This document shows, piece by piece, positions 19,004-26,284 of a DNA stretch of 64,000 nucleotides. Under the pieces are notes generated by a model. It did not search any database and was not told where the DNA came from. It saw only the letters and a list, made by a program, of their open reading frames with translations. Source of the DNA: a candidate division WOR-3 bacterium (GTDB taxonomy: Bacteria; Hydrothermota; Hydrothermia; Hydrothermales; JAJRUZ01); the NCBI GenBank assembly GCA_039803925.1, contig JBDRZL010000005.1:9969-73968 (forward strand). The letters run 5' to 3'. Position 1 is the first letter of the stretch; each line of letters starts with the position of its first letter. The position numbers and the translations under genes are program-made.

Positions 19004-20538
19004 TAAAATATATTAAAAAAATAAGTCCTGAAAAAATAGTTAAAAGATTCGAATATTTTGTAAAAAGGAAATCAAAAACTGAAGCCTTTTTAACTTTTTT
19101 ATCCTTTATAGGTTTAAGATTTTTCTTTGAAACTTTATTAGAATCTGCACATGCTGTTGAAAATAAATTTGATTTTATTTTACATTTTTACCTCTTTTTT
19201 ATAGCACTTTTCATTTTAATTTATATTTATTTAAGGTTTTTTTTTGAAAAAGAATTTATATTTAAACTTATATGTTATGGTTTTTTTATTATAATTTTAC
19301 CCCCTTTTGTTGATTTTATACTATCAGGTGGAAAAGGTTTTGTTTTGAGCTATTTAACAAAAACCTCACAAATACCTACTATATATTTTTCTCTCTTTAC
19401 TTCACCTTTCACAGTAACCTTTGGTGCAACACCAGGAATTAAAATTGAAGTTTTAATTATTGATTTTTTTCTTTCTATTTATCTTTTTTTTAGATTAAGT
19501 GGAATAAAAAAAAAGATTATACCGATTTTAAATTTTTTTATCTTTCCTTTTTTCCCTCTTCTTTTGAGCTCAATTTTTGCTATAGAAGAACTATATTATT
19601 ATTCACTTGTTACTCCGATTTTTATTGCAAAGCCTACAATTCCAAATCTTTTTTTTATAATAATAATCTTAGTTCTTTCTTTTTTTGCTTTTAAAGAATA
19701 TTTTCCAGAAAGAGTAAATATTTTTTCCTTTATATTTCCTTTTATAACTCTTTTAGTAATTGTTTTATATTCTATTAAAATTAGTGAATTTGTTCCGAGA
19801 TTTCTCTTTTTGCCTGGTAATATCCTTTATATTATATTACAAACTCTTTCGGTATTTTTTTTATATATATCCTTTAATAGAGAAAAATTGTACATTTTAC
19901 CTTTAGTCCTATCCTTTCTCTTGATTTCTATCCAATCTTCAGCTACAATAGTTGCTTTTTTTGTTTTTTCATTATGTTTTTATGTTTACAGAAATTACCC
20001 CTTCTTATATAACTTTTTGTTTTTAACTTATTCTTTAATTATAGGACTTACTTTCTTTGCTCTCGGAAGTAAAATTCCTTTTCCTGATTTTAAAAATCAT
20101 ATTTTCAGATTATCAGCGGATTTCTATAAGAAAGAGAAAAAATACTCTAAAGCAATTAATCTTTTATCAAAGATTTCCAAAAAAGAATTCTACGATTACT
20201 TTAAATTATCAGAGTTATCTTTTTTAAATGGGGATTTTATGGATTTTGATATTTTTCTTGAAATTTCACAGATTAAATATATTTCAGCCCCTCCTCACTA
20301 TAGATCAATAGATAATAGGGTAGATTTCTGGAAACTGGAAAAGGAAAGATTCTTGAAAGAAAAAGATTATTCCCTTTTATACATGACAGCACTCTCTGTT
20401 TTAAATCCAAGAGTTGAAAGTGAAAATATACTTAAATTTCTTTATGAATTGAGTGATAATATTGAAGAGAGAGAAAAATTAAAATTGAAAAAATTTTTAG
20501 CTATATATGGGTATAAAAAGTTTTCCACATACCCTTGA
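19000..20538 (+). CDS. Polytopic membrane protein (about 12 TM) with C-terminal soluble helical domain; unknown function
   Basis: Highly hydrophobic F/I/L-rich segments through about aa 360, then a charged helical C-terminal region. ATGA overlap with cpaB. Confidence 0.4.
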   Translation: MIKYIKKISPEKIVKRFEYFVKRKSKTEAFLTFLSFIGLRFFFETLLESAHAVENKFDFILHFYLFFIALFILIYIYLRFFFEKEFIFKLICYGFFIIILPPFVDFILSGGKGFVLSYLTKTSQIPTIYFSLFTSPFTVTFGATPGIKIEVLIIDFFLSIYLFFRLSGIKKKIIPILNFFIFPFFPLLLSSIFAIEELYYYSLVTPIFIAKPTIPNLFFIIIILVLSFFAFKEYFPERVNIFSFIFPFITLLVIVLYSIKISEFVPRFLFLPGNILYIILQTLSVFFLYISFNREKLYILPLVLSFLLISIQSSATIVAFFVFSLCFYVYRNYPFLYNFLFLTYSLIIGLTFFALGSKIPFPDFKNHIFRLSADFYKKEKKYSKAINLLSKISKKEFYDYFKLSELSFLNGDFMDFDIFLEISQIKYISAPPHYRSIDNRVDFWKLEKERFLKEKDYSLLYMTALSVLNPRVESENILKFLYELSDNIEEREKLKLKKFLAIYGYKKFSTYP

Positions 20539-20595
20539 CAAAAATACCCCTTTAAATTTATAATTATATTGAGGGTAAGATAGTGGGAGGTAAAA

Positions 20596-20769
20596 ATGAA
20601 GGTAATAAAATTAATATATAACGAAAAGGGTGAGGCCGCAGTTGAATATGCGGTCTTAATTGGAATTTTTGGATTTCTTGGTATTTTTCTATTAAATTAT
20701 GCTCTTTTCCTCCTCGGAAGTGATCTCCTTTATAAATGGTATAATTTTTTTTACTCATTAAAACCATGA
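20596..20769 (+). CDS. flp: Flp/Fap family pilin (57 aa)
   Basis: RBS GGAGG at 20586. MKVIKLIYNEKGEAAVEYAVLIGIF with the Flp motif G-x-A/T-A-V-E-Y-A then a hydrophobic helix. Below the ORF-track length cutoff. Confidence 0.7.
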   Translation: MKVIKLIYNEKGEAAVEYAVLIGIFGFLGIFLLNYALFLLGSDLLYKWYNFFYSLKP

Positions 20770-20918
20770 AAATCGTAAAAAGGGAAGAAGGTGCTGTTGC
20801 TATCGAGTATGCTCTTATTATAGGAGTGATTGCCCTATTTTCTTATTTGGCCTGGAAAATGTTAGGTTTTGTTTTAAGACTTGTTGTAATGAAGCTTTTA
20901 TATGTTTTATTATGGTAA
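20766..20918 (+). CDS. flp: Flp/Fap family pilin (50 aa)
   Basis: MKIVKREEGAVAIEYALIIGVIALF. ATGA overlap with the previous pilin. Confidence 0.7.
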   Translation: MKIVKREEGAVAIEYALIIGVIALFSYLAWKMLGFVLRLVVMKLLYVLLW

Positions 20919-20931
20919 AGGAGGTCTGAAT

Positions 20932-22347
20932 ATGAGTAAAAAAAGAAGAGGTCAGGTAATGGTAGAGGCAGCAATTGGTATGGCTTTATTTTTGATGCTC
21001 ACTCTTGGTGCCATTGAAACTGCAAGATTTGCTTTGAGGAGAATTCAGATTACTTATGCATCCTTTCAGGCAAATAGGGTTGCTATTGTAAATAAAGGTG
21101 ATACAACTGCTGTTAGAAAGGCACTTCAATCTATTTCAACACACATAAAAGATGCTAAATTTGAGTTAAAGGATGAAGGAGATGAATATTCTTTAGTTGT
21201 TAGAAGAACCTTTCACCCCTTGATTCCTTTTGTTAATGTGGATTCATTAGTTTTTGTAGGTTATTCAAGACTTCCGAAAGGTCATTTTCAGAATAAAGAA
21301 TTTCCTTATAAATATAAAGGTTATAGCACGTATTATCCTGCTTTATGGAATTCTTCAGATATGGAAGATGAAAAGGAAGCTGGAATTTTAACTTATGATA
21401 GGTATTTAAGGGCTTTTATAAGGTGTGAGAATAATAGGTATGAGAGGTGGAATCCTGGGTGGGGACCTTTTGGGGAATATGGTGGTGGAGGTGAAGCAGA
21501 AGTCAAGGTTGGTGGAAAGGATGAACCTAATGATCCTTTTCATCTTGGAACATGGTATCCACCTTATGGAATTCTGAGAAACAAAAATCCGGAGAAAGAT
21601 AGAACAGGAAATCAAGCTTTAATTGACCAGTATTATTTTGTTGAAGCAATGTTAATAGGACCATCTTTTTCTCCCTTTTTGACTTTTTATCCTGAGAATA
21701 AACCTTACTGGTCAAGGGCAATTACTGGATTTGGTCATGGTAATAATATAAATAAGGGTAGTGATGCTCATCCTTACAGGGGAGATTTCCTGGAATATTT
21801 TTATTCTCAGGGATATGCTATACCAGGATGGTTTGGTTTCTGGCCAAGGTATGAGGCATTATGGTGGACACCTGTAGGTTGTGCTGACCTTGTTACAGGA
21901 ATTTACTATATAGGAATGGGTAATCAGTGGTTTTCAGATCCATGGGGAGAGTATTACAAAGATGAGGACAATTATATTTCAGGGTGGGGAACAGCATATG
22001 CTGATGCCTGTTGGGATCCGATTCGTACTCCATGGGGATGTATCCCTGGAGCAGGAGTTGGTGATGATTTTCAATTTACAATTTTTAATGGATGGTTTGC
22101 AAATTACAGGGGAACCGGCTCACCCTGGGACTGGAAAGGGACAAGGAGACTTTATGATGCTGCTTTTTATGTAGCTACTTTTAATGAGATTGAATGGATA
22201 TATATGGTTGAAGGTTTTATGGTAGATCATCCTGATCACGGAAAATCTCTTCCTTTTAAGGATGATTTAAGGGGATGGGGGACAAAGTGGGATTGTTTAT
22301 GGTATGAAAGCCCATGGGATGAGTGGGATGGCACAGAAAAACAATAA
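20932..22347 (+). CDS. TadE-like pseudopilin with large Trp/Gly/Tyr/Pro-rich C-terminal domain
   Basis: RBS AAAGGAGG. N-terminus RRGQVMVEAAIGMALFLMLTLGAIE is the TadE motif. The C-terminal ~300 aa carries about 24 Trp (WNPGWGPF, GWFGFWPRYEALWW, SPWDWKG, RGWGTKWDCLWYESPWDEWDG). Confidence 0.6.
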   Translation: MSKKRRGQVMVEAAIGMALFLMLTLGAIETARFALRRIQITYASFQANRVAIVNKGDTTAVRKALQSISTHIKDAKFELKDEGDEYSLVVRRTFHPLIPFVNVDSLVFVGYSRLPKGHFQNKEFPYKYKGYSTYYPALWNSSDMEDEKEAGILTYDRYLRAFIRCENNRYERWNPGWGPFGEYGGGGEAEVKVGGKDEPNDPFHLGTWYPPYGILRNKNPEKDRTGNQALIDQYYFVEAMLIGPSFSPFLTFYPENKPYWSRAITGFGHGNNINKGSDAHPYRGDFLEYFYSQGYAIPGWFGFWPRYEALWWTPVGCADLVTGIYYIGMGNQWFSDPWGEYYKDEDNYISGWGTAYADACWDPIRTPWGCIPGAGVGDDFQFTIFNGWFANYRGTGSPWDWKGTRRLYDAAFYVATFNEIEWIYMVEGFMVDHPDHGKSLPFKDDLRGWGTKWDCLWYESPWDEWDGTEKQ

Positions 22348-22358
22348 GGAGGTGTGAT

Positions 22359-23378
22359 ATGAAGAAAAGAAAAGGTGCAATTTTAGTTTTTGGTATTTTT
22401 TTCATGTTGATAGTTTTTGCTGTTATGGGTTATGTTTATGAAATGGGAAGAATGACAATTGCAAAGATGAGGGCACAGAATGCGGCTGATGCTTCAGCAA
22501 TGGGAGCTCAAACTGTTCTTTCCAATTTAAGGAATATAGCAACAACTCATTATATGACAGCGGATCTTTTCAGAAGAATTGCAGTTACAACAACATCAAG
22601 AGATTTTCCTTTAAGTATGCCGTGGTTATATATATATCTTATAGGTTATTCCTGGTATAAGAAAGATCTTTTTGTTAATGATTTACCGGATGAAACTGCG
22701 GAAAACTTTGTTAAACTTTATCATTTTCTTTTTCATATTCAGGATTTTGCTGTTACAAGAATGCTTGCTGCTTATGATTCCAAAATATTTTTCAGAGATT
22801 TTATAAAAGAGGAAGCAGAGAATCATTTTCCAGTAACAAGAAATAGAATGAAATGGGTTGCTTGGTTTATGAGTTACTTTAATTTATATGATGAAAATCA
22901 GGTTGAAGGTAACGAAATTGGATGGGTCAATCTAAGATTTGATAAGAACGGTCCAGGGTGGGCTCCACCTGGTTTAAGGGTTGATTATGGTGAGGAAGTT
23001 GATGGGCCTAACCCCCACAGGAGAATAAGAAATAAGCATGATGAGATTGAAATTAATAAAAAACTTAGTAGAGCTTACAGTGAAGCTTATGTCCTTATAC
23101 CACCTTCCAATTTTTTGATGAGGACTTTTGTTTCAAGAAACTGGGGTAAAATTGGTGCAATTAAAGAACCTTTCAGTTTTCTTGAAGGTTTTCCATTTGT
23201 TGTTAGAAGTGATGCTGCTTCGGGTCCCAAAGAATTTTACATAAGAGTGGGTTTGCCAGATATTATACCTTTAATAGGCTCACTTCAGGAAGACGGATAT
23301 TGGACATTTCCACAGCTTATACCTACAATAAGAGTAGAAGGTAATAACCCCATTGAGGGTCAATGGCCTTATCATTAA
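22359..23378 (+). CDS. TadG-like protein (Flp pilus-assembly TadG N-terminal domain)
   Basis: RBS AAGGAGG. MKKRKGAILVFGIFFML...AKMRAQNAADASAMGAQTVL matches the TadG_N pattern (RxxLQNAADAAALAGA). Confidence 0.6.
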   Translation: MKKRKGAILVFGIFFMLIVFAVMGYVYEMGRMTIAKMRAQNAADASAMGAQTVLSNLRNIATTHYMTADLFRRIAVTTTSRDFPLSMPWLYIYLIGYSWYKKDLFVNDLPDETAENFVKLYHFLFHIQDFAVTRMLAAYDSKIFFRDFIKEEAENHFPVTRNRMKWVAWFMSYFNLYDENQVEGNEIGWVNLRFDKNGPGWAPPGLRVDYGEEVDGPNPHRRIRNKHDEIEINKKLSRAYSEAYVLIPPSNFLMRTFVSRNWGKIGAIKEPFSFLEGFPFVVRSDAASGPKEFYIRVGLPDIIPLIGSLQEDGYWTFPQLIPTIRVEGNNPIEGQWPYH

Positions 23379-23395
23379 ATAAAGGGGGTTTTAAA

Positions 23396-24154
23396 ATGAA
23401 GGGTAATAAGATAAAATTAAATAAGAGGAAAGGAACATTTCTGGTAGAACTTGCGATTATACTTCCTATTTTTGTTTTGCTTTTATCCTGGATTTTTATG
23501 TTAGGAATGATATTGCATAGGAAGCAGGTAGTAACTCTTGCAGCAAGAGCAGGAGCTCAGTATGCTGTTTATCCTGATCCTGTATATGGTGAGCGTATGG
23601 CAAAAATGGGGGTATGGATGGCTCTCTCTCAGGGTAAAAGAGATGAGGTTGAAAAGAGGGTTAAAGATGTTTTAAAAAGGAATGGTTTAAATCCAGATAA
23701 GGCAAAAATAAATATTGATTGGTTCCCAGTTCCTTTTGTTCCTCCTTTTAAAGAAGGAAGTGTTCAAAATCCTGGTCAAAACGGAAGAGCAACAGTTCAT
23801 GCTCTTTACACAGACATGTTAGGTGGAAACAACTGTAGCACAAGATGCCATTCAGGACTTGTCAGACAGGAACTTAAGAGAGAGTTTGATGATGATTCAA
23901 GGTATAGATACACAGAATACAGAATTCCATGTGATATATGGGTTGTTAAGGTAAAGGTGGAGTACCCACTTGGAGAATCAATACTCAATCTTTTAAATCC
24001 TATATTCAAATCAGTTGGATTTAAAGGTGATTTAAAACAAGGAAAAGTTGTTGCAAGTTGTGCATTTCCTGCTCCTATGCCTTTTGTCCATGTTGTTTTA
24101 AAAACACCACCCTTATATAAAGCATTATTTGACATTTCAACATACTTTAAGTAG
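23396..24154 (+). CDS. TadE-like pseudopilin
   Basis: KGTFLVELAIILPIFVLLLSWIF TadE motif. Four Cys in the soluble domain. Confidence 0.6.
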   Translation: MKGNKIKLNKRKGTFLVELAIILPIFVLLLSWIFMLGMILHRKQVVTLAARAGAQYAVYPDPVYGERMAKMGVWMALSQGKRDEVEKRVKDVLKRNGLNPDKAKINIDWFPVPFVPPFKEGSVQNPGQNGRATVHALYTDMLGGNNCSTRCHSGLVRQELKREFDDDSRYRYTEYRIPCDIWVVKVKVEYPLGESILNLLNPIFKSVGFKGDLKQGKVVASCAFPAPMPFVHVVLKTPPLYKALFDISTYFK

Positions 24155-24157
24155 AAT

Positions 24158-24664
24158 ATGAATATGATGAAAAAATTAATTCTAATTTTTTTAATAATGA
24201 TGTTAAACTGTAAGTTTAATAATCCTTTTTATCCAAAAGCTGAAATTGTTGTATCAAGTAATCTTCAGACTATAACTCTGAGTTATGAAATATCGCCAGG
24301 ACAAATAAGGTTAACATATCCAAAATTGAAATTATTTTTCAGAGAGATCTATGGTGGAACTTACGGAATAATTGACTCTGCAAGAGTTGATTACTATTAC
24401 CCAGGTTCAGATCCAATTAGAGATTCTATAGTTGAAACACTTCCCACTTACAGAAAAGGTATTTTACTTTATGTTCCACCTGACAATGAAGTTACAACTG
24501 AGTTTGATTTAGTTACAGATGATGTAGAAAATTTATTTGCCCCTAACAAAGGTAATTTTGAAGGTCCTCTCAATGCTATTATGACATTTTATGGAAAAGA
24601 TGGAAATGAACATAATTTTAAACTTTTTTTAACTTTTACTTTACAAAGAGTTATACCTGATTAA
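24158..24664 (+). CDS. Lipoprotein, Tad locus-associated, unknown function
   Basis: Signal peptide with lipobox MLNCK. 168 aa. Confidence 0.5.
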   Translation: MNMMKKLILIFLIMMLNCKFNNPFYPKAEIVVSSNLQTITLSYEISPGQIRLTYPKLKLFFREIYGGTYGIIDSARVDYYYPGSDPIRDSIVETLPTYRKGILLYVPPDNEVTTEFDLVTDDVENLFAPNKGNFEGPLNAIMTFYGKDGNEHNFKLFLTFTLQRVIPD

Positions 24665-24702
24665 ATGGGTTCAAATCCCAAAAAAACATAGGAGGTTTTA
24701 AG

Positions 24703-24873
24703 ATGAAGTTTTTAAGGTGTGAGAGAGGAGCGACAGCAGTGGAGTATGCGATGATAATAGGGCTTATAGCCCTATTTGCATTTGCTGCCTATAAGGCTCT
24801 TGGAAAGCAGGTTCAGAGGGTGATCCACGAAATGTGGAATAAGATGACAGAAGCCTCTGCTGGGCCTGAGTAA
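24703..24873 (+). CDS. flp: Flp/Fap family pilin (56 aa), copy 1 of duplicated pair
   Basis: RBS GGAGG. MKFLRCERGATAVEYAMIIGLIALFAFAAYKALGKQ... The upstream region and the gene together (24661-24873) are about 98% identical to 25101-25313. Confidence 0.75.
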   Translation: MKFLRCERGATAVEYAMIIGLIALFAFAAYKALGKQVQRVIHEMWNKMTEASAGPE

Positions 24874-24916
24874 TTTTATAAAATTTATGGGGTTCAAATC
24901 CCCCCTGCCCTTTAAG

Positions 24917-25093
24917 ATGATTATGCTAAAAAATATTCTGATAGATGAAAGGGCGGGGACGAGTGTGGAATATGGATTTCTTCTCGGAATTTCTGGTCTC
25001 TCTGCTTTTTATGCTTATGTTGCTAAAAAAGTAGAAGATTTAATAAATGAATTTACAACAAAGTTTTTTTATATATATGCTGGACCTCCATAA
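24917..25093 (+). CDS. flp: Flp/Fap family pilin (58 aa), divergent
   Basis: MIMLKNILIDERAGTSVEYGFLLGISGLSAF. No clear Shine-Dalgarno. Preceded by the GGTTCAAATCC motif. Confidence 0.55.
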   Translation: MIMLKNILIDERAGTSVEYGFLLGISGLSAFYAYVAKKVEDLINEFTTKFFYIYAGPP

Positions 25094-25142
25094 TAGATAT
25101 ATTTTAGGGTTCAAATCCCAAAAAAACATAGGAGGTTTTAAG

Positions 25143-25313
25143 ATGAAGTTTTTAAGGTGTGAGAGAGGAGCGACAGCAGTGGAGTATGCGATGATAATAG
25201 GGCTTATAGCCCTATTTGCATTTGCTGCCTATAAGGCTCTTGGAAAGCAGGTTCAGAGGGTGATCCACGAAATGTGGAATAAGATGACAGAAGCCTCTGC
25301 TGGACCTGAATGA
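25143..25313 (+). CDS. flp: Flp/Fap family pilin (56 aa), copy 2 of duplicated pair
   Basis: Identical to the 24703 gene except for the last codons. The ORF-track N-terminal extension from 25047 is an artifact. Confidence 0.75.
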   Translation: MKFLRCERGATAVEYAMIIGLIALFAFAAYKALGKQVQRVIHEMWNKMTEASAGPE

Positions 25314-25477
25314 TGAAGTTGTTAATAAGGGAAGAAAAAGGTGCATCTGCAGTTGAATATGCGATGCTTATAGGACTTATTTCTCTTTATGCTTTTGCAG
25401 CTTATAGAGCACTTTCAAGGGTGACTTATGCGGTAATAGAGCATATGTGGAATGAATTAACAAAAGCAGGGGGGTAA
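25310..25477 (+). CDS. flp: Flp/Fap family pilin (55 aa)
   Basis: MMKLLIREEKGASAVEYAMLIGLISLYAFAAYRAL. ATGA overlap with the previous pilin. Confidence 0.65.
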   Translation: MMKLLIREEKGASAVEYAMLIGLISLYAFAAYRALSRVTYAVIEHMWNELTKAGG

Positions 25478-25482
25478 TAACT

Positions 25483-25656
25483 ATGAAGAAATTTTTTAAA
25501 AATGAGAAAGGTGCTACTGCTGTTGAATATGCAATGATTATAGGGTTGATAGCATTATTTGCTTTTGCTGCTTATAAGGCACTTGGAAAAGAGGTTCACA
25601 GGATAATTGTATGGATGAAGTTTAAATTTATGACTATCCATGCTGGTCCTGAATGA
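25483..25656 (+). CDS. flp: Flp/Fap family pilin (57 aa)
   Basis: MKKFFKNEKGATAVEYAMIIGLIALFAFAAYKALGKE. Confidence 0.7.
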   Translation: MKKFFKNEKGATAVEYAMIIGLIALFAFAAYKALGKEVHRIIVWMKFKFMTIHAGPE

Positions 25657-26198
25657 TTTATGATATTATTAAGTTCCAAATTGTTGGACTTGTTGTGATA
25701 ATTTCAGTATATACTGATTTAAAATACGGTAAGATTTTTAATAAATTGACATTCCCTTTCTTTTTTACAGGATTTCTTTATAACTTTATGTTTAAAGGAT
25801 TTTCTGGTTTAGTTTCTTCCTTTATAGGTTTTTTGGTATCTTTTATTCCCTTTTTTATATTCTTTCAGCTGGGTGGGGTTGGTGGTGGTGATGTGAAACT
25901 TCTTGCAGGTATAGGTTCCTGGGTTGGTTATCCTCAGGTTCTTTGGATTATTTTTATGACTTCTATTTCAGGTCTTTTTATATCTATCTTGGTGAGTCTT
26001 TTTAAGGGTAAAATTGAATTTGTTTTAAAGGGTGCTTTTAGGGAAGGAAAAGAAAGTGTTAGAAATTTTATCTTTTCTCTATTTACTAAAAATCCAGAAT
26101 TTTTAGATAAAAATAGAGAATTTAAACTTTATGTTCCCTATTCTTTAGCCATAGCATCTGGGACTTTTTTAGGTTTAATAATTAATTTTTCACTATGA
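25653..26198 (+). CDS. tadV: Prepilin peptidase CpaA/TadV (A24 family)
   Basis: Multi-TM protein with the conserved second catalytic Asp in GGGDVKLLAGIG. ATGA overlap with the last flp gene. Confidence 0.75.
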   Translation: MIYDIIKFQIVGLVVIISVYTDLKYGKIFNKLTFPFFFTGFLYNFMFKGFSGLVSSFIGFLVSFIPFFIFFQLGGVGGGDVKLLAGIGSWVGYPQVLWIIFMTSISGLFISILVSLFKGKIEFVLKGAFREGKESVRNFIFSLFTKNPEFLDKNREFKLYVPYSLAIASGTFLGLIINFSL

Positions 26199-26284
26199 GA
26201 GTTCAAATCTCCCTAACCCGCATATATAAAAAAGAAATTAAAAAAGCGGGTTTAAAAGAGATTTTTATAATGGAGGTTTGAAGT

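Noticed and set aside
20564-20767. 67-aa minus-strand ORF
   Set aside because: Antisense to the first Flp pilin gene, which has an RBS and the conserved Flp motif.
24667-24679. GGTTCAAATCC looks like a tRNA T-arm, which suggested tRNA genes or tRNA-derived elements
   Set aside because: No acceptor, D or anticodon arms in the ~75 nt upstream at any copy. The upstream sequence is AT-rich coding or UTR. No CCA end.
25047-25313. 88-aa version of the duplicated pilin with N-terminal extension (and 24887-25093 likewise)
   Set aside because: The extensions read through the upstream UTR motif. The true starts are the RBS-preceded ATGs at 25143 and 24917.
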